A DNA stretch of 51,366 bases from positions 1 to 51,366 of the forward strand of contig CAYIWJ010000003.1 of NCBI GenBank assembly GCA_964367145.1. The letters run 5' to 3'. The notes below the pieces were generated by a model. That model was not told where the DNA came from. It ran no database searches and was given only the letters and a program-made list of their open reading frames with translations. This document shows, in pieces, positions 24,835 to 34,169 of the stretch (position 1 is the stretch's first letter; every line of letters starts with the position of its first letter). The stretch is from an uncultured Candidatus Saccharibacteria bacterium. Its GTDB lineage: Bacteria; Patescibacteriota; Minisyncoccia; UBA6257; 1-14-0-10-40-38. Position numbers and translations under genes: made by a program.

Positions 24835-26343
24835 ATGATCTTGGTCAAAGGAGGAACCATTATCGACGGCAGTGGTGGAGCGGAATACCGCGCCAATTTA
24901 GTTATTAAAGGAAACCATATCGCCGCGATCGGAGAACTAACCGAAAAAAATCTTAACTGTGATCAGATAATTGACGCTAGCGGCTGTCTGGTTTTGCCAG
25001 GGTTCATTGATATTCACAACACCTCCGATCACCACCTAACTTTGTTCGCCGACTCCGATCAAAGCGATGCCCTAAGTCAGGGGATTACCACCATAATTGG
25101 CGGTCACTGCGGCGCCTCTTTGGCGCCCCTGCTCTATGGTTCGCTGGAATCTGTCCGCAAGTATGCCGACATTGATGCCGTTAATGTTGATTGGCATAGC
25201 GTTAGCGAATTTTTTACTTTACTGGCCAAGCAAAAACTCGGCGTCAATTTCGGGATGTTGGTTGGACATTCAACAATTCGCCGAGCGCTGATTGGGGATG
25301 TCACCCGAGATCTGACTGTTGGCGAATTGCAAGTCTTCGCTAAAATTTTGGAAGACGCCATGCGTGATGGGGCGCTTGGTTTATCCACTGGCTTAAGCTA
25401 CGCCCATGCCAACCAGACTCCCTACGGCGAAATTAAAAATCTGGTGGCAAAAATTGCGATCGCGAAGGGAATCTACGCCACTCATCTTCGCGATGAAAAA
25501 GAAAACATTGTTTCAGCGACCGCCGAAGCGATTCGTATCGCCGAAGAAACCGGAGTCGAGGTAATTATTAGCCATCTCAAGCCGCTAGAAACCGGTCTTA
25601 GTGAGTATTCCAAAGCGCTGGAAGCGATTCTCAAAAGTTCCGCCGCCGAAAAAATTCATTTTACCAGCTACCCCTACGACACCAGCATGCATCCGATCTA
25701 CACCCTTCTGCCCATTTGGGCCAGAAAGGGAAATTTGGAGGCGATGTTGAATATTCTAAAAAATCAGCATCACCGAGAACGGATAATTCGCGAGTTGGAA
25801 AATCGCAACATTGGCAACTTGAATATTATGATCATGAATTCTCCGGTCTACTCGCATCTTGCCGGAAAAACGCTCGCGACTATCGCCGAAAACCACGGAA
25901 TAAGTCTCGAAGAGGGTTTGTTGGAGATAATGATTTTAACTCGCCTACGAGCTTTAATCTCCGTTAAAGATATCAATCTTGATTGGATGCTTCAGGGATT
26001 TCGGCTTAAAAATAATCTAATCGCGAGCGTTGCTCCCAGTTTTCCAAAAAATTATTCTGGAATAAAACATCCTAGATCGCAGAACACCTTTCCCAAATTT
26101 TTGGCATTAGCCCAAGGAACAAAAATGCTCACACGAGCTGAAGCGGTCAAGAAGATTACCGGTGATGCGGCCAAGAAGCTCGGTCTCAAAAAAAGAGGAT
26201 TAATCAAGGAAAATTGGTTTGCCGATATTGCCGTGATGCGGGGTGAAAAAATAAGCGATGTTTTAGTTAATGGCAGTCCGGCAGTCTTAAACGGAGCACC
26301 GACCGCGATTAAAAATGGGGCTATTATCCGTCAAGAAATATGA
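24835..26343 (+). CDS. D-aminoacylase-like amidohydrolase-superfamily protein (catalytic residues partly substituted)
   Basis: GGTIIDGSG...PGFIDIH.., GGHCGASLAP, ATHLRDE, ISHLK and HPRSQNTFPKFL follow the N-acyl-D-amino-acid deacylase pattern. The stop overlaps the ftsW ATG (ATGA). Confidence 0.7.
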   Translation: MILVKGGTIIDGSGGAEYRANLVIKGNHIAAIGELTEKNLNCDQIIDASGCLVLPGFIDIHNTSDHHLTLFADSDQSDALSQGITTIIGGHCGASLAPLLYGSLESVRKYADIDAVNVDWHSVSEFFTLLAKQKLGVNFGMLVGHSTIRRALIGDVTRDLTVGELQVFAKILEDAMRDGALGLSTGLSYAHANQTPYGEIKNLVAKIAIAKGIYATHLRDEKENIVSATAEAIRIAEETGVEVIISHLKPLETGLSEYSKALEAILKSSAAEKIHFTSYPYDTSMHPIYTLLPIWARKGNLEAMLNILKNQHHRERIIRELENRNIGNLNIMIMNSPVYSHLAGKTLATIAENHGISLEEGLLEIMILTRLRALISVKDINLDWMLQGFRLKNNLIASVAPSFPKNYSGIKHPRSQNTFPKFLALAQGTKMLTRAEAVKKITGDAAKKLGLKKRGLIKENWFADIAVMRGEKISDVLVNGSPAVLNGAPTAIKNGAIIRQEI

Positions 26344-27440
26344 TCATTCATTCCGGAGCCAAGCATCCCGAATATTTAATCACCGCCTGCGTAATGATTC
26401 TGCTTGTTTTTGGGTTGATTATGCTCTCGAGCGCCTCTTCTAATCTTGGCGAAGTAAAGTTCGGCGACACTTATTATTATCTTAAGCACCAAGCGCTCTA
26501 TGGTGGGCTTATCGGCCTCATTGGCTTCTATCTCGCAAGCAAGATACCCTACAAAAAATACGTCAAATTTTCCCTACCGCTACTCATAATCTCTGTTATC
26601 CTATTGGTTCTCATCTTCACGCCCTTAGGAGTCAGCGCCAAGGGAGCGACGCGTTGGCTATCTTTTTTTGGGATTCCGTTTCAACCGTCGGAGACGCTAA
26701 AAATTACCTACATCATGTATCTAGCCGCCTGGTTGGCCAGGCGGAGCGAACGCCGCAAAGATTTTTGGAAAGGTTTTGTTCCCTTTCTCTGTGTTTCGGC
26801 GCTCGTCGCCGGATTACTTTTAGCCCAGCACTCAACGAGTATCGTTGCGATTTTAATTTTAAGCGGTCTCATAGTCTATTTTGTCAGTGGCGCCAAACTG
26901 CGTTATATTTTTGGCACGGTCGTGCTTGGTCTTACCGTGCTAACCCTCGTAACTTATGTTACGCCATATCGCTTTGAGCGAATCAAAAACTTCCTGAATC
27001 CCGAAGATAACGCGCTCTCCGGAGGCTATCACTTAAGCCAAGCCTTGATCGCCATCGGCTCCGGGTCTGTTAAGGGCGTGGGTTATGGTCAATCAACCAG
27101 CAAAATCAGCACCTTGCCCGAACCAATTGGGGATTCAATTTTCGCTGTTATCGCCGAAGAAACTGGTTTTATAGGCAGTATGGCGCTCATCACGGTTTTT
27201 GGAATTTTAATCGGAAAAATTTTTCTTGTCGCCTGGAAAAAAAGGGATAAATTCGGCCAACTGATGCTTTTCGGTTTCGGATCGGTTATCGCTATTCAAA
27301 CTTTGGTCAATATCGGAGCCATTTCCGGCGTCTTGCCCTTAACCGGTACACCCTTGCCGTTTATTAGCTATGGCAGTACCTCTTTGATAGTTTTTCTAAC
27401 CATGAGCGGATTGGTGGTCAATATCATCAAATCAAACTAA
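26340..27440 (+). CDS. ftsW: FtsW/RodA/SpoVE family peptidoglycan glycosyltransferase / lipid II flippase
   Basis: Polytopic SEDS pattern (QPSE, EPIGDSIFAVIAEETGFIG, PLTGTPLPFISYGS). Sits next to murG. Confidence 0.85.
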   Translation: MIIHSGAKHPEYLITACVMILLVFGLIMLSSASSNLGEVKFGDTYYYLKHQALYGGLIGLIGFYLASKIPYKKYVKFSLPLLIISVILLVLIFTPLGVSAKGATRWLSFFGIPFQPSETLKITYIMYLAAWLARRSERRKDFWKGFVPFLCVSALVAGLLLAQHSTSIVAILILSGLIVYFVSGAKLRYIFGTVVLGLTVLTLVTYVTPYRFERIKNFLNPEDNALSGGYHLSQALIAIGSGSVKGVGYGQSTSKISTLPEPIGDSIFAVIAEETGFIGSMALITVFGILIGKIFLVAWKKRDKFGQLMLFGFGSVIAIQTLVNIGAISGVLPLTGTPLPFISYGSTSLIVFLTMSGLVVNIIKSN

Positions 27441-27447
27441 AAACTAA

Positions 27448-28596
27448 ATGAAAAAAATCAGAATTGGCATGCTTGGCGGGGGAACGGGTGGGCACATCTA
27501 TCCCTTGATCGCGGTTGCGGAAAAATTACGCCGATGGGAATCCACCCTCGGATGCGAAATTGTCATTCGATATTTTGGCGAGGCCGACGATTATCAAAGC
27601 GAACTTGAGCAAGCCGGAATTTTAATCTCAAACATTACCTCCAGTAAATGGCGCCGCTATTTCTCCTTGAAAAACTTTTTAGATCTCGGCAAAGCCGCCA
27701 TCGGAGTCGTGCAAGCCCTTTGGAAAATTTATTGGTTTATGCCCGATGTGGTTTTTATGAAAGGCGGTCCGGGATCGCTTGTTATTGCTTATGTTTGTCA
27801 TTTTTATACCATTCCGCTCGTGGTTCACGAGTCGGATACGATCCCTGGTTTAAGCAACCGTTTAGCCGGTAAATTTGCCAAAATAGTTAAAATCGCCTTT
27901 CCGAGCGCCGCCTCTTTTTTCCCGATTGGCAAAAGTCAGGTTGTCGGTATCCCAATTCGGGAGGCGATTTTCTTGGGCGAAACCTCTCGGGCGCGAAGCA
28001 TGATTGGATTGACCGAAGCTGGCCTGCCCATACTCTTAATAATGGGTGGTTCGCAGGGCGCCGAAAAAATTAATTCCTTTGTTTTGGATAACTTGGATAT
28101 TCTGCTGGATCGTTTTCGGATTATTCACCAAGTCGGACGCAATAACTACGAGATTTATATGAACGAGTACGCCATTGTCGCCAAAAATATTAGCGCCGAA
28201 AAAAACAAAAACTATCATCCCGCGGCATTTTTAGGCAAGGAGTTGCCGGAGGCTATGGCTGCCGCCGATCTAATCATCTCACGCGCCGGAGGCACGACAA
28301 TTTTTGAAATCGCGGCTCGAGCTAGGCCCTCGGTTTTAATTCCGCTCATCGGTTCCGCTCATGATCACCAGCGAGAAAACGCCTATGCCTACGCCAAATC
28401 CGGCGCCTGTCTGGTGATTGAGGAGGAGAATTTACTCGTCGGACTTTTTATGAGCGAGCTTGAGCAATTAATCGGCAATCCGGAAAAAATTAAAGCCATG
28501 ACCGCCGCCGCTAAAAATTTTTATTTGCCCGGGGCGGCGGAAAATATTGCCGAAGACCTGGTCAAAATCGCCGGAGCCCTCGGGTCAAGCTCATAG
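27448..28596 (+). CDS. murG: undecaprenyldiphospho-muramoylpentapeptide beta-N-acetylglucosaminyltransferase
   Basis: GGGTGGHIYP, HESD..PGL.N and GGSQGA motifs. Confidence 0.9.
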   Translation: MKKIRIGMLGGGTGGHIYPLIAVAEKLRRWESTLGCEIVIRYFGEADDYQSELEQAGILISNITSSKWRRYFSLKNFLDLGKAAIGVVQALWKIYWFMPDVVFMKGGPGSLVIAYVCHFYTIPLVVHESDTIPGLSNRLAGKFAKIVKIAFPSAASFFPIGKSQVVGIPIREAIFLGETSRARSMIGLTEAGLPILLIMGGSQGAEKINSFVLDNLDILLDRFRIIHQVGRNNYEIYMNEYAIVAKNISAEKNKNYHPAAFLGKELPEAMAAADLIISRAGGTTIFEIAARARPSVLIPLIGSAHDHQRENAYAYAKSGACLVIEEENLLVGLFMSELEQLIGNPEKIKAMTAAAKNFYLPGAAENIAEDLVKIAGALGSSS

Positions 28597-28639
28597 CCAT
28601 CAGCTGGAAATTCAGCTTCTAAAAAGGTAGACTACCCCT

Positions 28640-30112
28640 ATGACCCGAAGGGAAGAGAAAAAAGTTCGGGTGCGAATTGCCCCGTCCCCGACGGGCTATC
28701 TGCACATTGGCACCGCGCGCACCGCGCTTTTTAATTGGCTTTATGCCAAACATAACGGCGGTGAGTTTATTTTGCGCATCGAAGATACCGACAAAGAACG
28801 ATCCAAAAAAGAATTTGAGGATGACATTTTTTCCGCCTTGGCTTGGCTTGGTTTGGAATACGACGAAGGCCCGTTGCCCGGTGGTGGTGACAAAGGCCCG
28901 CATGCCCCTTATCGCCAATCCGAAAGAACCAAACTCTACAAGCAAAATCTTGAATCCTTGCTCGCCGCTCAAAGCGCCTATTATTGCTTTTGCAAAAAAG
29001 AAGATCTGGAAGCCGAACGACAAGCCATGGAAGCTCAAGGACTCGCCCCGATCTACGGCGGTCATTGCCGTTCGCTTTCAGAAAGCGAAGTTAAAACTCG
29101 TCTCAACCATGGTCAATCCGCCGTCATTCGTTGCAAGGTTTCTCCGCAAGTAGTTATTTTTGAAGATTTAATTCGGGGCAAAATTGAATTTGATCTTAAA
29201 CTTATCGGTGACATCGTGATCGCCAAAAATTTGGAGACTCCGCTTTATAATTTTGCAGTCGTGGTTGACGATGCCTTGATGGCGATCACCCATGTTATTC
29301 GCGGTGAAGATCATATCGCCAACACGCCAAAACAAATTGTCATTCAAAAAGCTCTTGGTTTTCCCGAGATTCACTATGCCCATCTGCCGCTGATTTTAGA
29401 TCAGGATCGCAGTAAGATGTCTAAGCGACATTCTGCGGTCGCCGTCTCCAAATATCGTGAAGACGGTTATTTACCCGAAGCGATCACTAACTTCTTATCC
29501 CTGCTCGGATGGCATCCGGAGGGGGATAGAGAAATTATCCCACTCGATGAAATCATTCAAGGCTTTGAAATTAAGCGTGTCCAAAAAGCCGGCGCTATAT
29601 TTAATCTAGAAAAATTAGACTGGATGAATGCAAAATATCTGCGCCAGCTATCCGATCGGGAAATTTTACAAAAAATAAAAATTACCGACTCTTATTCGGA
29701 GATAGAAGGTCAATTGACCGAAGAACAGGAGTTGAAAATTGTTGACCTTATAAAAAATCGGCTAAAAAAAATATCGGAATTTACGCTCCTTACGAGGTTC
29801 TTTTATCAATTACCCGATTATTCGCCGGAGCTTTTGCCCTGGCAAGGTGTCACCCCAGAAAAAACCAGCGAAGTTCTAAAAGCTATAATCGGCGTTGTAA
29901 CAAAAATGAGTCAAGAAATTAAAAAGACCTCGGCGGAACAAGACCTTGCCCCGATCGTTGCCCAATGGGGGAGAGGCGACGTTTTGTGGCCTCTCCGAGC
30001 CGCGCTTTCCGGCGAAAAATCATCTCCCGGGCCTTACGAGATTATGGGAATTCTGGGCAAAACAGAGGTTCTAAAGCGACTCCAAATTGGACTCGCGAAG
30101 CTTGCCGTCTAA
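28640..30112 (+). CDS. gltX: glutamate--tRNA ligase
   Basis: RIAPSPTGYLHIGTARTALFNW (HIGH) and KMSKR motifs. Confidence 0.92.
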   Translation: MTRREEKKVRVRIAPSPTGYLHIGTARTALFNWLYAKHNGGEFILRIEDTDKERSKKEFEDDIFSALAWLGLEYDEGPLPGGGDKGPHAPYRQSERTKLYKQNLESLLAAQSAYYCFCKKEDLEAERQAMEAQGLAPIYGGHCRSLSESEVKTRLNHGQSAVIRCKVSPQVVIFEDLIRGKIEFDLKLIGDIVIAKNLETPLYNFAVVVDDALMAITHVIRGEDHIANTPKQIVIQKALGFPEIHYAHLPLILDQDRSKMSKRHSAVAVSKYREDGYLPEAITNFLSLLGWHPEGDREIIPLDEIIQGFEIKRVQKAGAIFNLEKLDWMNAKYLRQLSDREILQKIKITDSYSEIEGQLTEEQELKIVDLIKNRLKKISEFTLLTRFFYQLPDYSPELLPWQGVTPEKTSEVLKAIIGVVTKMSQEIKKTSAEQDLAPIVAQWGRGDVLWPLRAALSGEKSSPGPYEIMGILGKTEVLKRLQIGLAKLAV

Positions 30113-30121
30113 CTAATTAAC

Positions 30122-31405
30122 ATGACTTTAGTCTCTAAACCGTCATTTTTTTCGCCTAGGATGATAATACCAGTGTTAGTCATTACGGCTCTTGCGTCGT
30201 GGTTTGCGCCTTTGGCGCAAGCTTCGGCTCCGGAAGAATTACAAAAGGCGATTGAAGAGAAATCCAAAACTTTGGAAGGTATTAATCAACAAATCCAGCT
30301 TACTCAAGATAGCTTACGAACGACCAGCTCTAAGTCAAAAAGTCTCGGTAACGAGATAAAAAAAATAGACTACACCATAAATCAATTGGCGTTGGGTATT
30401 AAATCAAGCGAGGTCAAAATTGATAAATACAAATTAGAAATTGAAGCCTTGAGCTACGACATTGAAAAAAAAGAAGAAGATATCGACATCAAGCGGGAGG
30501 CGATTGTAAGGTTTTTACAGGAATTACAAGAAAAACAGCGCGAGGGAGCCCTCATGGTTTTTTTAAAAAATAAAACCCTAGCTAAAAGTTTGGCCGAAAC
30601 TGAAAACGTTGTCAGTCTCAACAATGGCTTGGACAAAAAAGTTCAAGAACTTAAAGAAATAAAAGCCATTCTTGATGATCAGCGGCTTGAGGCCAGTGAT
30701 CGCAAGACAAAAATTGAGTTAGAAAATAAAAACCTCAAGAACCAGAAATATATTGTTGAGGATCAAAAACAGGACCGCGCGACGCTCTTAACTCAAACCA
30801 AGGAGCAAGAAAAGTCCTATCAAAAACAACTCGCTGAATTGGAAAAACAACAGAACGAACTCGCCGATCAGATTGATGATATTGAAGAACGCTTGCGTAA
30901 GGAGTTTAATATCAGCTTATTGCCCAGCAAACGCTCCGGAGTTTTTGCCTGGCCGATTGCGACTCTTGATCGTGGCGGGGTTGGGCGGATTTCCCAGCAT
31001 TTTGGCGAAAAATCCCGTCTCTATCGAGGCAAGCCCCACAATGGACTTGATATTGCCGCGCCCACCGGCACGCCGGTCTATGCCGCGGCCAGTGGTAAGG
31101 TGACCCACGTTGATTCCAACGACCGTAGTCGCTGGCAGAAGTACCAATATGGCAACTATGTTCTGATTGAGCACGGTAATTTTCTTAGCACGCTCTACGC
31201 GCACCTCTCGCGTTCCGTGGTTTTTGACGGGCAGAATGTGGAGCGTGGTCAGCTTATTGGCTATTCCGGTTCTACCGGCTATTCCACCGGCCCGCATCTT
31301 CACTTCGGGGCCTATTGGAGCGCCTCGGTTTTACTTAAAAAAATCTATCCCGCCGCCGGTTTAGTGCCGGTTGGAGTTATCATTGATCCCGAGGATTACC
31401 TCTAA
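30122..31405 (+). CDS. M23 family metallopeptidase with an N-terminal coiled coil (EnvC-like)
   Basis: Signal sequence, a long heptad-rich region, and the HNGLDIAAP and GPHLHF motifs. Confidence 0.85.
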   Translation: MTLVSKPSFFSPRMIIPVLVITALASWFAPLAQASAPEELQKAIEEKSKTLEGINQQIQLTQDSLRTTSSKSKSLGNEIKKIDYTINQLALGIKSSEVKIDKYKLEIEALSYDIEKKEEDIDIKREAIVRFLQELQEKQREGALMVFLKNKTLAKSLAETENVVSLNNGLDKKVQELKEIKAILDDQRLEASDRKTKIELENKNLKNQKYIVEDQKQDRATLLTQTKEQEKSYQKQLAELEKQQNELADQIDDIEERLRKEFNISLLPSKRSGVFAWPIATLDRGGVGRISQHFGEKSRLYRGKPHNGLDIAAPTGTPVYAAASGKVTHVDSNDRSRWQKYQYGNYVLIEHGNFLSTLYAHLSRSVVFDGQNVERGQLIGYSGSTGYSTGPHLHFGAYWSASVLLKKIYPAAGLVPVGVIIDPEDYL

Positions 31406-31718
31406 CCGATTAACATCGACCAACAAGCTAAACTGATAACGGCCTAGATTGCGCCAAAGACCAACAGCGGTAAACGTTCGGCAGAGTAGAAGAGCTTATA
31501 TTTCTAGCCAAATTAAAAGCGGTCAACAGACTCGCGCGGAGTCTAAAAAGATATTTTCCAAAAAATCTTATTTACCAAAATAACAAGACGAATTAAAGTA
31601 GTCGGCACGAAGAATAAACGCCGAAAAATAAACAGTAGGGCGATGAGAGGAGAATCGCCGAACCTCTAAGCCCGTACTTTTTTCTAAGAAATCAGAAGGG
31701 GAGCCATTCTAATATCTA

Positions 31719-31752
31719 TATCTGTCGCAAAATATATCTTGTGCGACAGATA
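31719..31752. promoter_or_regulatory. perfect 11-bp inverted repeat TATCTGTCGCA-N12-TGCGACAGATA (operator or hairpin)
   Basis: Seen directly in the sequence. No T-run follows. It lies ~70 nt upstream of the -10 of the nuclease gene. Confidence 0.45.
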
Positions 31753-31819
31753 GCCTACAAGACAAAGCCCCTCCCCACCCGACCTAAACCTACAACCCAA
31801 ACCCGAGTATCTCTCGGTG

Positions 31820-31828
31820 TGTTATAAT
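31820..31828 (+). promoter_or_regulatory. extended -10 element TGtTATAAT
   Basis: Lies 14 nt upstream of ATG 31843 with no Shine-Dalgarno sequence in between. Confidence 0.5.
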
Positions 31829-31842
31829 TTCCTACACTACGC

Positions 31843-32613
31843 ATGGCCTTCCCCTCCCTTGATCCTCAAGAATTTAAAGCCAGCCACGGTTACGATATCG
31901 AAGACACTTGGTATCCCCGCGTGACCAAAATTGTGGACATCAAAGCCAAGCCAGCCCTCTATCGTTATTATGGCGATGCGCCGAGTTTTGCCGCCGCCAA
32001 GGCCGCCACCGAGCGTTCCGCCGAGGAAGGTACCTTAATTCATACCGTTGCCGAAAAAATTTTTATCGGCGAGCCAACCGAAATTCCCGAAGCGGTTAAA
32101 CCGGCCATCACCGCCTTACAGGTATTTTTAGCTGAAAGAAAAATTCAAGTTCAACCGGAACATGTTGAAATGCGTATTTTGAATAAAGAGCATCGCTATG
32201 CCGGCACAATCGATACTTTAGCCACTATTGACGGAAAGTTCGGAGTATTGGATATTAAAACATCGCAAAGTATTTACCGCGACTATAATTTACAAACTGC
32301 CGCCTATGTCGGCGCCTTAGTCAAAGAATTTCCGCATCTTATAACGCGCTGGATTCTTCGCATAGATCAAATCAGAACCTGTGATGCTTGTTCGGCTACC
32401 CTTCGACCCAAAGGCGGTCAGGTTAAAATCCGGCGTCGCCCGGGTTCAGTCCCCTGCTATATCAGCCAACATGTTTGGGGACCGCTTAAGGGAGTCATCG
32501 AATTAAAAGAAATTCCCTCATCCGATGATGACTTCGGAGCTTTCCTAGCTGCCAAGCGCCTGTGGGAATGGGAAAATCAAGAACTTCTCCAAAAAATCGG
32601 ATATTTTGTCTAA
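31843..32613 (+). CDS. PD-(D/E)XK nuclease family protein (RecB/Cas4-like fold)
   Basis: GTLIH, YAGTIDTL, VLDIKTS (D..D-x-K) and QTAAY (QxxxY) motifs, plus a C-terminal Cys-containing segment. Confidence 0.7.
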   Translation: MAFPSLDPQEFKASHGYDIEDTWYPRVTKIVDIKAKPALYRYYGDAPSFAAAKAATERSAEEGTLIHTVAEKIFIGEPTEIPEAVKPAITALQVFLAERKIQVQPEHVEMRILNKEHRYAGTIDTLATIDGKFGVLDIKTSQSIYRDYNLQTAAYVGALVKEFPHLITRWILRIDQIRTCDACSATLRPKGGQVKIRRRPGSVPCYISQHVWGPLKGVIELKEIPSSDDDFGAFLAAKRLWEWENQELLQKIGYFV

Positions 32614-32666
32614 AAGAAAAAAGCAGGCTTCAAGTGCTATAATGGATATGTCTACTGGTATTTGCA

Positions 32667-33032
32667 TTGGCACACGTACCTTTAAAACCCAAGGATAACC
32701 AAGTGGAAACAACCCGCTTCTCATTGCTAACCGACTATATTTTGTTTGATCATGACCGCCGACCGACTGCTCTTCGGGAAGATGATGTTCTATTATTGCG
32801 ACTGGTTAGAAATGGCAAAAAAATAGAATCCGTCATTCACTTTATTCGCGCCGACCATTTTTTAAGACTCAATAGGCCAGGTGGCCCCGATGGCCTCTGC
32901 ATACCAAAGTTGGACGCCAGCTCCTTCCATGGCCTCGTTAAGTTAATCGCCATGAGTCTCGGCGGCACCGCTCGCCGTCTTCCTACCAAGGATGAGCACG
33001 TCGCCGGCTATAAAATATGCCGAACGGACTAA
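32667..33032 (+). CDS. hypothetical protein (TTG start, uncertain)
   Basis: ORF only. TGcTATAAT lies at 32635-32643 upstream and a terminator-like hairpin lies just downstream. Confidence 0.35.
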   Translation: MAHVPLKPKDNQVETTRFSLLTDYILFDHDRRPTALREDDVLLLRLVRNGKKIESVIHFIRADHFLRLNRPGGPDGLCIPKLDASSFHGLVKLIAMSLGGTARRLPTKDEHVAGYKICRTD

Positions 33033-33069
33033 ATACGACAGTTTTTAGCTAGAACTGGCGTATTTTTTT
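33033..33069 (+). terminator. rho-independent terminator (imperfect stem)
   Basis: Stem ATACGACAGTT/AACTGGCGTAT with 2 mismatches, followed by T7. Confidence 0.5.
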
Positions 33070-33188
33070 ACCGGTAAACCTACGGCTCTGCATCTGGCCT
33101 AAAAAAGATTAGATATATCGCTAGCACCTTAGTGTTGCAGGGCGACCTGCTCAAAACAAGTCAATGATCACGAAGAAACGGCGCAGGC

Positions 33189-33218
33189 TTGACATACTTA
33201 AGAATAGAATGTTAAGAT
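33189..33218 (+). promoter_or_regulatory. promoter TTGACA-N18-TAAGAT
   Basis: Same spacing and the same AGAATA and TTAAGATAAA blocks as the promoter at 55..84. Confidence 0.5.
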
Positions 33219-33335
33219 AAAACCCGTTAGTTTAGCTCTTTTAAAACCGAAAACCGGCTTTTAGAAACACTGCGTTTCCGCCTGATTTTGCCATAAGAGA
33301 GCTTGATTTCCACTCACACCGGAAGGGATAGACAA

Positions 33336-34100
33336 ATGCCCAAGCAAGATTTGAATCCTTGGGAACGGCTGATGAAACTCATCGGCGCCATCGTCGCGAT
33401 GGTGCAAGATGGAAGCCGAGATCTGAAAGAGGTCATGGAGTTCGCCGACTTCTTCCAGATCATCAAGGACAAGCCGAGCTTCTTCACCGACTTCAAGGCC
33501 TTCCTCGCCTCGCGCAAGGAACCCGCCACAACCCCGCAGAGCGAGCTCTCTCTCGCCCTCGACCCCCGCTCCCTCTGGACACAGATCTACGCCAAGCTCG
33601 GCATTACGGCCGACTTCACGGACGTCCCGATTCCCGCAAAGCCCGAAGGCGACTACTGGCCCATTGGTGTCTTCAAGGGCATCCTCATGAACCAGATCGT
33701 CCTTGGCCTCCAGAAACACTTCAGTGTTTACCTCTACACGGAAGATCTTGACCGTTCGGTTACCCAAAACGACCGAACAGCCGAGAAGTCCTACTTCATC
33801 TGGGTCAAGGCAACTCAAGAAGCTGATCCCGAGCTCAAGAACCTGTCAGCAAACCAGCTCAAGAAGAAAGAGATCAAGGGCATCACGCTTCTTGAGCGAC
33901 TGCTCCTTGAAGCCCTCTACTTCCTCGTTGTGAAACCCGGACAGCATCTCGACAAAGAGAATGTTACTCTTTGCTCTGGTTCTCGGGTCTCCGGCGGTGA
34001 TGTGCCGTGCGTGGGCTGGGATGGCGACGGGGTCGACGTGGATTGGTACGGTCCCGACCGTCGCTTCGTCGGCACCCGTGGTCGAGCAGTAGTTTCGTGA
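33336..34100 (+). CDS. hypothetical protein, GC3-rich; C-terminal ~185 aa paralogous to 18098..18676
   Basis: ATG 33336 follows GGAAGGG. Codons are dominated by C/G-ending forms (aag, ttc, atc, ctc, gac), unlike neighbouring genes. Many shadow ORFs on both strands. Confidence 0.65.
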   Translation: MPKQDLNPWERLMKLIGAIVAMVQDGSRDLKEVMEFADFFQIIKDKPSFFTDFKAFLASRKEPATTPQSELSLALDPRSLWTQIYAKLGITADFTDVPIPAKPEGDYWPIGVFKGILMNQIVLGLQKHFSVYLYTEDLDRSVTQNDRTAEKSYFIWVKATQEADPELKNLSANQLKKKEIKGITLLERLLLEALYFLVVKPGQHLDKENVTLCSGSRVSGGDVPCVGWDGDGVDVDWYGPDRRFVGTRGRAVVS

Positions 34101-34133
34101 ATTAAGCCCTTCGTTCTTTTCCCTTCAGCCCTT

Positions 34134-34169
34134 CCCCTTGTTGCTTGCAAGCAACAAGGGGATTTTTTT
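34134..34169 (+). terminator. rho-independent terminator
   Basis: 28-nt palindrome CCCCTTGTTGCTTGCAAGCAACAAGGGG followed by a T-run. Confidence 0.8.

Noticed and set aside
28619-29153. ORFs 28619..29065 (-) and 28677..29153 (+) overlapping gltX
   Set aside because: The gltX frame carries the HIGH and KMSKS motifs. The others are shadow frames.
31638-31647. GGGCGAUGAG, identical to the 5' end of fluoride (crcB) riboswitches
   Set aside because: The P3 hairpin and the conserved downstream CUGAUG segment are missing. No fluoride-related gene lies downstream.
33261-34150. Shadow ORFs around the GC3-rich cassette (33261..33818 -, 33359..33751 +, 33314..33529 -, 33703..33933 +, 33917..34150 -)
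   Set aside because: They have low-complexity Arg/Gly/Pro-rich translations typical of off-frames in GC3-rich coding DNA. The 33336 frame has the RBS, promoter and terminator, and a paralog elsewhere.
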